Below the pieces are notes generated by a model, which made no database searches, was not told where the DNA came from, and worked only from the letters and a program-made list of their open reading frames with translations. The translations under genes and the position numbers were made by a program. Positions 50,270 through 59,243 of a stretch of DNA of 64,000 nucleotides are shown in pieces. Position 1 is the first letter of the stretch. Every line of letters begins with the position of its first letter. Source of the stretch: Candidatus Melainabacteria bacterium 17Bon1m (lineage in GTDB: Bacteria; Cyanobacteriota; Vampirovibrionia; Obscuribacterales; Obscuribacteraceae); the NCBI GenBank assembly GCA_032128875.1, contig JAVLKG010000015.1, positions 28,346 to 92,345 on the forward strand, read 5' to 3'.

Positions 50270-50912
50270 TCTAAGATTTTTGGGGTTTGCTATTACTCTT
50301 AGCCTTTGTGCTGAGCCCGCGTTTTCGTTGACACCGGACACTGAAAAGAAAGATGGCACAGTCCTTGCTTACACAAACACATCTCGTACACACATTGAAG
50401 CGTCGATTGTTTGCGACAGCCTGACGCTCAAGTATAAAGACGGAAAAACGAAGAAACTGAGCTTGCGATCGCTGAATAGCAAAGGCGCAACAGATGTCAC
50501 CGCAATGTGGAATCTTTTTAGCTTCTACATTGTGAAAGACATTTGGCGCGGGCTGATTCACTCCGACAAAGTGATGGGGCAAGCGAATATAAGCCTTGAA
50601 ATTACGTCCGACGGCAAGCACAAAGTCACTCGAAAAGCTGTCTATGTCCCGGGATGCAAGCCATGCCTGGGGAACGGCCCACTTCCGGCTAAAGCTCAGG
50701 AGTTTTGGAAAGGCGCATATTCTGCTGTTGAATACATCGAGTTCAAGGAAATGAAAATTCCAGATTTCAAAGTTGCGTCAGCAACTATGGATGTTGTTTA
50801 CGGGCGCGATCGTGAAGTCTTCCCGCGCTATCCGTTTTGCGATTATCAGGGCATTCTCAAACGCGACAAAGAAGGTTTCATCTATCGCGCCAAAACACTG
50901 AAGACGCGCTAG
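50259..50912 (+). CDS. Secreted hypothetical protein, paralog B
   Basis: Signal peptide; same GQAN / YVPG / EFW / GRDR..FPRYP blocks; overlaps paralog A by 11 bp. Confidence 0.75.
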   Translation: MLNSLRFLGFAITLSLCAEPAFSLTPDTEKKDGTVLAYTNTSRTHIEASIVCDSLTLKYKDGKTKKLSLRSLNSKGATDVTAMWNLFSFYIVKDIWRGLIHSDKVMGQANISLEITSDGKHKVTRKAVYVPGCKPCLGNGPLPAKAQEFWKGAYSAVEYIEFKEMKIPDFKVASATMDVVYGRDREVFPRYPFCDYQGILKRDKEGFIYRAKTLKTR

Positions 50913-50994
50913 CTGCGCCAGCTTGGACGAACAAGTCCCATGGCATCGCTAATAAGTTCAATCAAAAGCCGGCGCGCCGCCGGCGCTCCCAGGT

Positions 50995-51729
50995 CTAACG
51001 TTTCTGATTTTCCGGCTGTTCTTGCGGTTTTACCACATGTAGTTTTTCACCGAGACCGCGGAAGAACTGCCCTGTTTTGCTGCCGGCTTCCTTCGCACCT
51101 TCGATTATTCTTTGTTGAGTCTGCGGATTGCGTGCCGCATCAACAGCCTGATCACGAGCCTGTCTCTTCACTTCAGTTTCAATTAGATTGGAGATTGACG
51201 GATTGGTGATTATTGACGTTTTGTCAAACAAACGTCTGGCTTCGCGCAATTGCACACGCTGTTCCGGAGGTGCATTCTTGATCACTTCGTCAAATGCTTT
51301 ATCCTTGGCGAGTTTCAACGCGAGCGCTTCAGGTCCGATTAGAACATCGCGAACCAGCGGAGCGCCATTGCGAATCACTCCATTTACGTCGCGGCGTTTA
51401 CCAGCCTCGACAACACCTGTCGCTTGTTGCACTTTCTCGCGACCAATTTGCTTGCCTTGTTCAACAACTTCGCCCGTGATGCGCCTGGTAGTTGGAGAGT
51501 TCACAACCTGCTTACCGTGATCAACTATCTGTCCAACAGCCTCACTGTTGCGTACATCTTGAACTGTTTCTTTGCCTTTCTCCCAACCTTTTTGAGCAAC
51601 CTCTCCAGCGCCTTTGCCGAACTTTTTCAATCCATCCATGAAGCCGGAGCCTTCGAAGAGGCTGCTTCCGCTATTTGATTGTCCGGAATTTTGTTGTACT
51701 TCTCTAGTTGAAGCTCGGTCGCCGCCCAT
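50995..51729 (-). CDS. Hypothetical hydrophilic helical protein
   Basis: 244-aa ORF with GAGGG RBS; amphipathic LEA/apolipoprotein-like composition. Confidence 0.7.
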   Translation of the reverse strand: MGGDRASTREVQQNSGQSNSGSSLFEGSGFMDGLKKFGKGAGEVAQKGWEKGKETVQDVRNSEAVGQIVDHGKQVVNSPTTRRITGEVVEQGKQIGREKVQQATGVVEAGKRRDVNGVIRNGAPLVRDVLIGPEALALKLAKDKAFDEVIKNAPPEQRVQLREARRLFDKTSIITNPSISNLIETEVKRQARDQAVDAARNPQTQQRIIEGAKEAGSKTGQFFRGLGEKLHVVKPQEQPENQKR

Positions 51730-51943
51730 GATTTGCCCTCATAGTAGAAACTGCGAAACTTTGGCTCTCACGCTGAGCCAAACGATTTCGCCGATTGGAG
51801 ATTCTGAAAATATAGGCATGCTATGTGACAGGCGCGTGGCAGCTTCATTAAGCGACTAATGTCGGAGAGGCGCTGCATTCCAAACCTGGGTATTTCACTC
51901 ATTTCCGAGGGAAATACCTGAGAAAATCCCTCAGCAGCGGCAA

Positions 51944-53212
51944 CTAAACGTAGCGGCGATTGTCGCCCTGTGCCGTTCTCATAATCTGGGCGCCCGCATA
52001 GAAATTGCGCCGCGGATCACCAGGAGTTCCATTTCCGGAGCCTGGGAAAACCATGTATTCAACACCGCCGCGAACACCGCCGGTGCGCGGGCTGGCAGGG
52101 ATACCGAGTTCTTGTGCTAACGCGATAGAACCTTCGCCTAATTTGTGACGCGGTCCAACATCTGCGAATACGGCAAAAGCTACTTTACCGTTGTATCTAA
52201 CAGCGGCAATATCGCCGAGTTTTATTCCGAGGTGTTTGTATTGTCCACCCGGCAAGACGAAGTAAGGAACGGTCTCGGCGTTTACCGAACGACCGTCAGG
52301 ATAGCGAAGCGATGTTTGCGTTTGGCCGGTCGGATCAATTTGCCTGGCGCGCGGGCTGCCGTCGGCGTCGATGGTCATACCGGCACGGAAGTAGACGGGG
52401 CGGCGGCCGTTGACCAACCCATTTTTGGCAGCATCGAATGCTTGATTAAGTGCAACCTGGTCTGTGTTGCCATTGGTCATATCGGTGATATTTGGAATAG
52501 GAAGAATTCCGTCACTCGGTCGATAATTCGGTTGGAAACGATCCCAGACCACTGGCTGCGTACGTTGGTTGGGCTGATATTGTTCGATGCGACGCGGCAT
52601 GTAGAGCCCATCGGCGCGCGCTTCAGGCTGGAGCTGATCTCCTCTCGTAATAGGTTGCCTAGCTTCGACAAAGTTGCTCTTGTCGGACATATTCTTTGTC
52701 CACCAATCGCCGTAGAAGCCGACTTCACCGTTCTTGCCGCGCTGTTGTTTGTATGTTCCGTCACCGTTGCTAACTGCGCGAAGAAGCACTCTTTCTTTGC
52801 CGCCCTCGTTGGTGAATGCGTGAATTAGAGGCTTTCCGCAAGACATGTCCAGTTCCAAACGAAGCTGTCGCTTGGTTCCATCTCTATCGGTGATTTCCAA
52901 CTTGTCTACACCGGTCGACAACAGTTTTTCCACTGCTTTCAATTTGTCCTGAGCAGTAGCTGAAGGGTTCTCCAAAGCTGCACGGGCCTGAGCGGCTGGC
53001 GAGTCGCCTGTTTGCGCAACTAGGTCAGGGCGTGGCTGAGCACTCTTGTCTTGTCCATCTCCGGAAAAACGATAGTAATCGAGCGAGTTCGGACGCGCAT
53101 TTTGCACGCCTGTCGGGTTGTCGCCCGTGAATTGGTAGAGGTTTCGCTGGTTTCGGACGATAGAACTATCATCGTTGACCGCGCCAGATTTTTCTGGAAC
53201 GTCAGTACTCAT
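51944..53212 (-). CDS. Glycoside hydrolase family 75 (chitosanase-like) domain fused to an uncharacterised N-terminal region
   Basis: MTIDADG, DP..Q.QTS, NAETVPYFVLP, LGDIAAV and AVFADVGP..KLGEGSIALA GH75 motifs. Start trimmed to ATG 53212. Confidence 0.85.
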   Translation of the reverse strand: MSTDVPEKSGAVNDDSSIVRNQRNLYQFTGDNPTGVQNARPNSLDYYRFSGDGQDKSAQPRPDLVAQTGDSPAAQARAALENPSATAQDKLKAVEKLLSTGVDKLEITDRDGTKRQLRLELDMSCGKPLIHAFTNEGGKERVLLRAVSNGDGTYKQQRGKNGEVGFYGDWWTKNMSDKSNFVEARQPITRGDQLQPEARADGLYMPRRIEQYQPNQRTQPVVWDRFQPNYRPSDGILPIPNITDMTNGNTDQVALNQAFDAAKNGLVNGRRPVYFRAGMTIDADGSPRARQIDPTGQTQTSLRYPDGRSVNAETVPYFVLPGGQYKHLGIKLGDIAAVRYNGKVAFAVFADVGPRHKLGEGSIALAQELGIPASPRTGGVRGGVEYMVFPGSGNGTPGDPRRNFYAGAQIMRTAQGDNRRYV

Positions 53213-53950
53213 CGAATTTTTCGGAGGGTGGGGAGGAAGGATTTGTTGCTTATTTACTAAGGTCGTTGACCGAATGGAAGCTCGGATGTCAACAACCACG
53301 CAAATCGTACTACTGAAAAGCCCTGAATGCAAGCACAATTAATGGTTTCCACGATTTCAAAACTTCGCGCATCCCTCACGTTCCGGTCACGCAGAAATGC
53401 CAGATGAGAGACTCGCGCAACCAAACATTAGAGACTCGCGCAATTGTGAGCAGCGCTTCATATTGCGCCAAACGCAATTTTTGACACCTCTTCACATTTG
53501 CTTCCATCCCCCTTTGAACGCAGAAGAAGGCATCTGGGTGAGGCTCAAGACACATTAGCAACAGCTAACACAGTTATCGCTAAGCCTTTTTTGGTGCTTT
53601 TTCCTGAGCGTGCTTCTTGATACGTAAGGGAATCGTTCTTTTTTTCAAGCAATCTCGGAGCAATCCAACACAACTAACAATTCAGCATCCATGAGCCGCC
53701 ACTCAAAGCAACTTCGGTTGTCGGATGTGATTCGTAAGTCGTGTTGAGCTTCGCGTGAGCCTTGCTCACCAGTAAGTTGCACAAAAAAACAACGGGTTTG
53801 TCTCGAATTAATTGGCACGGACATTGAAGTGAGTCTGGGCCTCCAACTGGAAAACAAGCGTTGTCGTTCTCGACTTGAGGATGGCTGCGTTTTTTTGCGC
53901 CTTTTGGCGTGCTCACTTCAAGTTCTCTAAATCCCCAAAGGAGGCCAAAT

Positions 53951-54571
53951 ATGAAAAACATCGGAATCCTCGGTGGCACATACGACATCGTCCATAACGG
54001 ACATGTCGATGTCGCCAAGTTCGTGGCCAAGCAACTTGGTCTCGACAAAGTTCTGCTCGTCACGGCAGGCCAACCACCGCACAAGCTGGGCGTCACCGAC
54101 GGTGAAGTTCGGCATGAGCTGGTGAAGGGCGCCGTCGAGGGCAATCCTGAGCTGGAAGCCAGCCGCATCGAGCTGGACCTTCCGGGTCTGTCGTACACCT
54201 ACCGCACAGTCGAACAGTTGACGGAACTGCTCGCTGCGCAAACAGGGGAGGAGGTCGCAATCACCTTCATCCTCTCGGCGGAATATCTCGACCCGGAAAA
54301 TCCGGCGAACGTCACCAAGTGGGAAGAGGCGGAAGCCTTGCTCGCTCGTGTGTGTCTCGCAGTTGTTCCGCGCGGGAAGTACACCGCCGAACTCGCTCGA
54401 AAGTGGGCGGACGAACTGAAGCTCACGAATGTGCGCGTCTTCGACCAGCAAATCTCGACCCTCTCGAGTGGTATCGTCCGCGATGCCATCAAAGCGGGTC
54501 TGTCCATCGATACCCTCGTTCCCCCGCGGGTTGTGGAGCTGGTCAAAAAGCACGGCATCATCTTCAGCTAA
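53951..54571 (+). CDS. nadD: Nicotinate-nucleotide adenylyltransferase
   Basis: GILGGTYD.VHNGH, PPHK, SYTY.T and LSS..VR motifs; GGAGG RBS. Confidence 0.88.
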   Translation: MKNIGILGGTYDIVHNGHVDVAKFVAKQLGLDKVLLVTAGQPPHKLGVTDGEVRHELVKGAVEGNPELEASRIELDLPGLSYTYRTVEQLTELLAAQTGEEVAITFILSAEYLDPENPANVTKWEEAEALLARVCLAVVPRGKYTAELARKWADELKLTNVRVFDQQISTLSSGIVRDAIKAGLSIDTLVPPRVVELVKKHGIIFS

Positions 54572-54703
54572 GCTGCAGCTGAGCGCTGTTCTCTAAGCCC
54601 GGTGAATTGTCATCGCCGAAAGGCTTTGCAATCTGTTGCGGCGGACGAGAAATTCTGTCGCGTTTGCGATAATCATTCAAACTCAATAGCCAAAGGAAAA
54701 TGT

Positions 54704-55420
54704 ATGAAGCGTTCAGAAATCGATGCAGCAATCGCTCGCGCCATTGCCAACGCCAAGAAGCTCGGAGTCGCGTTGCCCAAGTGGTCCGAGTGGCAGCCCT
54801 CGCAGTTCGACGCCAGCGCTGACGGCATCCGCCATCAGAAGCTCGGCTGGAAGGTCGTCGACTTCGGTGTGGGCGACTTCCCCAACTGCGGACTTGTCAT
54901 CCTCTCGCTATGCTCGCCGCTCGTCGACGAGACTGGCGCTCCGGTGACGAAGACGCAAACGGTCGGAACCCGCGAATACCCGGTCACGGGCTTCTCGCGC
55001 AAGTTCCTCTTCGTGCAAGCCGGTCAGACCGAGCCGCACCACTTCCACCGCCAGAAGGCTCGCAAGGAAGTCACGGTCGTCGCAGGTGCCCCGGTGCACT
55101 TCGAGCTGGCCTGGGCTGACGGCGACACCGCTCTGTCGGACAAAGAAGTGAACGTGCAGGTCGACGGCATCTGGCACAAGCTGGCTGCCAACGGCTCGAT
55201 CGTAGTCAATCCCGGCGAAACGATCACGCTGCCCGGCGAACTCTCGCACATCATCTCGGTGCCGAAGGGCGGCGAGGACACGATCATGCTGGAGACGTCG
55301 ACGGCGAACAACGACAGCAACGACAACATCTTCCCGTTCATGACGCCGACCTCGGTGCCGGTCGACGAAGATGCGGTCGCGCGCTATCAGCTCCTCGACG
55401 AGCACGGCGCGAAGGTCTAG
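54704..55420 (+). CDS. D-lyxose/D-mannose family sugar isomerase (cupin)
   Basis: MKRSEI, LGW.V.DFG.GDF, P.HFH..K..E, PGETITL and ETST.N.D..DN.F. Confidence 0.88.
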   Translation: MKRSEIDAAIARAIANAKKLGVALPKWSEWQPSQFDASADGIRHQKLGWKVVDFGVGDFPNCGLVILSLCSPLVDETGAPVTKTQTVGTREYPVTGFSRKFLFVQAGQTEPHHFHRQKARKEVTVVAGAPVHFELAWADGDTALSDKEVNVQVDGIWHKLAANGSIVVNPGETITLPGELSHIISVPKGGEDTIMLETSTANNDSNDNIFPFMTPTSVPVDEDAVARYQLLDEHGAKV

Positions 55421-55680
55421 CACGGCAACCGGACTTGCCATTCAGGCGGGTCAACAGCGAAAAGCCCCGTCACTCGCAGGCTGCGGGTGGCTGGGTAACT
55501 TCGCATTCACGTTGAGACTTCCTCGAAAAGCGGGCAGTGGGAAGTGCCGATTTATCGCCATTTACCTCTGCCTTGCTTTTTTTGCAGAGGCAATGCTACT
55601 TGATGTAGTACAAACCAAATCAAAACGTATGACCTCAGTAAACGTAATGCTCTCTGTTCTTCCAAGACGCCAACTGCGAT

Positions 55681-55719
55681 TTGCTGTAGGGCCTACGCCA
55701 TACGTAGGCCCTACAGCAA
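55681..55719. repeat. Perfect 17-bp inverted repeat, GTAG-type REP-like
   Basis: TTGCTGTAGGGCCTACG-ccata-CGTAGGCCCTACAGCAA between convergent genes. Confidence 0.8.
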
Positions 55720-55822
55720 CGAATTTGCACATCACACCCAAGGGCGCAAATGGCGATTTTAACTGGCTAGGCAGGGGCCAGTTTTAGGCGAGCCCCTGCC
55801 TTCCTCATCGGACTGTTCGCGC

Positions 55823-56143
55823 TCAGTGGTGAGCGACCAGCTTACCGTTGAGCCGGTAGTGGATTTGCATGAGCAACTTGCCCTCCTCCAGCAGCGGATG
55901 CCAGATCTCGGTCCACTCCTCCTGGCTGAGGAACTTGGGCTTGCACCAGCTCCAGCTCGTTTCGACCACGCAGGTGAACTCGAGCCAATCTTGGTTCAGA
56001 CACCCCCAGCCCGCCATCGTGTCGGCGAACTGGTAGGCGATCGCGTGCGCGTCCAAGAGGCGCATGATGGGCTCGAGCGTGGGGTTCTTGCGCAAGGGCG
56101 TCTTCGTGCCCGGGCAGCTCACCGACACGAGGCACATTACCAT
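55823..56143 (-). CDS. Hypothetical protein
   Basis: ATG 56143 preceded by AGGAG; GC3-rich codon usage like the upstream PKD gene. Confidence 0.6.
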   Translation of the reverse strand: MVMCLVSVSCPGTKTPLRKNPTLEPIMRLLDAHAIAYQFADTMAGWGCLNQDWLEFTCVVETSWSWCKPKFLSQEEWTEIWHPLLEEGKLLMQIHYRLNGKLVAHH

Positions 56144-56241
56144 GAGAGTCTCCTGATGAGGTTTTGCATCAGTGCAATTCAACAGTTGAAGTTGAACTGC
56201 ACTGCGTTTCCGAGCAACGTTCCAAAGACTCGATGACGGGC

Positions 56242-58854
56242 TTAGTTCTCGTTGTGGGCGTTTTCCTTCTCTCCGTCTCGTTTGTGCAGCTGGCGACTGC
56301 CGACGTAGATGCCGCCGAAGACCACGCCCAGTGTGAGCAACGCGATTTCGTCTCCGGCGAACAAGTCGTCGAGAGCGCTGAGGTCGATGTCGGCGTTCGT
56401 TTGCCCGCCGCCGCTTCCATTGTCGATGCCGACGCCAGCGAAGCCTTCACAACCTGCGTCGCTGTAGCCGCAATTCTCCTCGCCGAGCCCGGGCTCCGAG
56501 CCGTTCGGAGCTCTGGCGGCAACGTCATCGACCTCCACCGTGAACTCAGCCGAGCCGTGACCCTTGCCGTCGAAGATCTTAACGACGACTTTGTAGGTGC
56601 CCTCCTTTTCGTACTTGTGCGAGAGCTTGAATGACTTGCCGTCGAGGACGATGCCCGCCGGCTTGCTGCCGTCTCCGTAGTCGACGACGCCTGTGAAGAC
56701 GTCAGCACCAGGATCCTCGAAGCTGCCGTCAAGTTGCATGTTGTCGCCCATCTTGCACAGCTTCTTGCCGTTGAGCTTCACCGATGGCAGCACGTTGTTG
56801 ACGTGCACCGTCATGGTGTCGCGGCCCCAAAGTCCGTAGCTATCGTAGATCTCGACGATGACCTTGTAGTCGCCGTCTTGACCGTAGAAGTGCTGCAGGG
56901 TGAAGCGGCGACCGGGCTCGATGACAAGCTCATGCCAACCAGAGCCGTCACCATAATCGACGCGCCCGCGCCAGCTGTCGACTTGGTCTGCGTCATCAAA
57001 CCAACCTTGATACTCCATGACGCTGCCTTCATCGATGGTGCGGTCGGCCAGATGAGGCACTGGCGGGTAATGCTGCTCGCTGAAGTAGAAGTACCCAACG
57101 GGCGGAACGACAGACTGCGGGACCGGCTGCGCAACGTAGCCTGGCAACTGGATCGCAACCGGCGGCAACGGGGGCACCAGCTGCGGTACCACCACAGGAG
57201 GCGGTACCGTCGGCGGGAAGAAGATCGTCGGAGGCGTCACCGGCGGTTTTGCCGGCGGAGTGACGGGGGGCGTCACTGGCGGCTCCGTCGGCGGCGTGAC
57301 CGGGGGCGTCACTGGCGGCTCCGTCGGCGGCGTGACCGGTGGCGTCACTGGCGGCTCCGTAGGCGGCGTGACCGGGGGCGTCACCGGCGGCTCCGTAGGC
57401 GGCGTGACCGGGGGCGTCACAGGTGGTTGCGTCGGCGGCGTGACCGGGGGCGTCACCGGCGCCTCCGTAGGCGGCGTGACCGGGGGCGTCACAGGTGGTT
57501 GCGTCGGCGGCGTGACCGGAGGCGTCACAGGTGGTTGCGTCGGCGGCGTGACCGGAGGCGTCACAGGCGGTTCGACGGGAGGCACCGCCTTCGGAAGTAC
57601 GGTGATGAAAAACGAGTCGCTGCCAAGGCTATCGTCATCATAGACTTTGACCGTGACGTTGTAAGTCCCGACAGCCAGACCATCGAAGATTGCCGAGTAG
57701 TCGGTGTTCGGCAAAACCGGGACGCCCTTCGGCAGTGCGAGCACGCCGTTGAGGTAGATTTCGTAACGCCAGAGCGGTGAACCGTCTGCAGCGTACTCCT
57801 CGCCGGGGTCGCGGAAGGAAAACAGCCCCTTGTCCGCGCTCTCACCGACGTAGATGACCTGATCCGGGCGCGCGTTCACGTCCGGCACCACGTTGTTGAC
57901 GAAGACGAGGAACGTCGCGTCGGTCACATCGCCCTCGGCTTCGACTACTCGCACCGGCAGCAGATATGCACCACCCGTGATGTCACTGCTGTCCTGTCCG
58001 TAGAATTTAGAGACAGTGTACTTCCCATCGGCGCCGAGTGCCACCGGGACATAGCCAGAGCCGTAGTCGACGAAGACCTCGTGCAGTCGTCCGGAGTCGA
58101 TGCCGCTGAACACCACATTGAAGGTAGCCGTCTGACCTTCGTTGATGGTGGTCTGCTGCGGCGGCAGCACCGGAGGGTCGTTCGGTTCGCCCCGGACCGA
58201 CACGACCAAGTACGCCTCGCTCGAGGTCGGCACTTCCGAATTGCCATCAGAGATGACGATGCGAATCGTGTAGTCGCCCGGCGAGTCGTAGAGGTGCGAC
58301 AAGTTGAAGGTCTTATCCGGGTTGAGCTGCAGGGGCTCCACGTCGCCCGGATTGTCCTGGTCGACGTAGTTGTAGTAAACCTCGCCGCTCCAGACGTCGT
58401 CGCCCGGGTCTTCAAATGAGCCGACGGCGTTGATGGGTTGACCGACGACGGCAGGCGTCAGAAGGCGGACATCGATGACCGGCAGCACGTTGACAGACTG
58501 AACTTGCATGACCTCCACGGCTTGGTTGCTCTGGTCGTCTTGCACCGTCAGGGTAATATCGATGCTGCCCTCGTAGGGTGGCACGTAGCTCAGGCGGAAG
58601 GAGCCGTCCGGGTTGATCGAGACAGGCTCAGGGCCCGTGCCAAAGTTGACGGTGGCGTTGAGCAAATTGGTCGGCGTGTCGCCGTCGAGAACGCGACCGG
58701 TGATGACGAATTGGCGCCCCTCGCTCACTTCGCTAGCGAACGGGTCGAGGAAGATTTGCGGCGCCGAACCCACCGGGTTACCGGACAGCACGCACCGCGG
58801 CTCGAGCGCTTCAACAGAGAGGGTGCGCTGCGAGTTCGACCGAGTGGTCTTCAT
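56242..58854 (-). CDS. Surface protein with planctomycete-type N-terminal motif, PKD/Ig-like repeats, Pro/Thr-rich linker and C-terminal TM anchor
   Basis: RTLSVEALEPRCVLS; F.DPG.D...G.VDYGDG...F.L.H.Y...G.Y.V PKD units; (PPVT)n; C-terminal hydrophobic helix with basic tail. Start ATG 58854. Confidence 0.85.
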   Translation of the reverse strand: MKTTRSNSQRTLSVEALEPRCVLSGNPVGSAPQIFLDPFASEVSEGRQFVITGRVLDGDTPTNLLNATVNFGTGPEPVSINPDGSFRLSYVPPYEGSIDITLTVQDDQSNQAVEVMQVQSVNVLPVIDVRLLTPAVVGQPINAVGSFEDPGDDVWSGEVYYNYVDQDNPGDVEPLQLNPDKTFNLSHLYDSPGDYTIRIVISDGNSEVPTSSEAYLVVSVRGEPNDPPVLPPQQTTINEGQTATFNVVFSGIDSGRLHEVFVDYGSGYVPVALGADGKYTVSKFYGQDSSDITGGAYLLPVRVVEAEGDVTDATFLVFVNNVVPDVNARPDQVIYVGESADKGLFSFRDPGEEYAADGSPLWRYEIYLNGVLALPKGVPVLPNTDYSAIFDGLAVGTYNVTVKVYDDDSLGSDSFFITVLPKAVPPVEPPVTPPVTPPTQPPVTPPVTPPTQPPVTPPVTPPTEAPVTPPVTPPTQPPVTPPVTPPTEPPVTPPVTPPTEPPVTPPVTPPTEPPVTPPVTPPTEPPVTPPVTPPAKPPVTPPTIFFPPTVPPPVVVPQLVPPLPPVAIQLPGYVAQPVPQSVVPPVGYFYFSEQHYPPVPHLADRTIDEGSVMEYQGWFDDADQVDSWRGRVDYGDGSGWHELVIEPGRRFTLQHFYGQDGDYKVIVEIYDSYGLWGRDTMTVHVNNVLPSVKLNGKKLCKMGDNMQLDGSFEDPGADVFTGVVDYGDGSKPAGIVLDGKSFKLSHKYEKEGTYKVVVKIFDGKGHGSAEFTVEVDDVAARAPNGSEPGLGEENCGYSDAGCEGFAGVGIDNGSGGGQTNADIDLSALDDLFAGDEIALLTLGVVFGGIYVGSRQLHKRDGEKENAHNEN
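57226..57570 (-). repeat. Coding tandem repeat, about 9.5 x 36 bp (PPVTPPVTPPT[E/Q])
   Basis: Directly visible in both DNA and translation. Confidence 0.95.
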
Positions 58855-59243
58855 GCGAATGTCATCCCTTCGGATGCAGAGTTTGATGACTTTGCTTTGC
58901 TTTCCACAAGCAAAACAACTCTCAGGCTTTACCCAACTTTCGCTTACACAGCAAAAGTCGTGAACGTTCAAGGTGCCGTAGTCGTTGTAGTGGCGAGTCC
59001 TGGTAAAGCTGAGAGATTAAGAGTCATCGGAAGTGTTTTGAATCTATCCTCGGAACCCACCAGGATTGAAGAGCTAAATCTCAGCTCGAAGGGCTTTTCG
59101 AGACCAAAGAAACAAATTTGTGCCAATTTAAGATTAGAACGAAGATGAAATCGAAAAACCCGCGTTAGCGGGGCTGAAATAGCGAGGCAAAACATTCACC
59201 GCTCTCTAGACGTTCTAAGCGAGCTTTTCCAGCCACCCAACTT

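Noticed and set aside
53407-53443. 14-bp direct repeat AGAGACTCGCGCAA x2 (also CTGGTTGAATA x2 at 26817-26838)
   Set aside because: Real, but these are isolated two-copy micro-duplications with no evidence of function.
23570-54571. A unified NAD/ADP-ribose system (two Nudix, NADAR, PRTase-like domain, nadD)
   Set aside because: The genes are kilobases apart in different transcription units, and Nudix and nadD genes are common.
55440-55550. Cobalamin-riboswitch-like words (CTTCC / TGGGAAG) after the sugar isomerase
   Set aside because: Lacks the conserved core elements and lies 3' of a gene between convergent genes; more likely terminator or 3' UTR hairpins.
56734-57780. Arg-rich 348-aa and Gly-rich 127-aa plus-strand ORFs; repeat as CRISPR
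   Set aside because: Antisense reading of the in-frame (PPVT)n coding repeat; there are no unique spacers.
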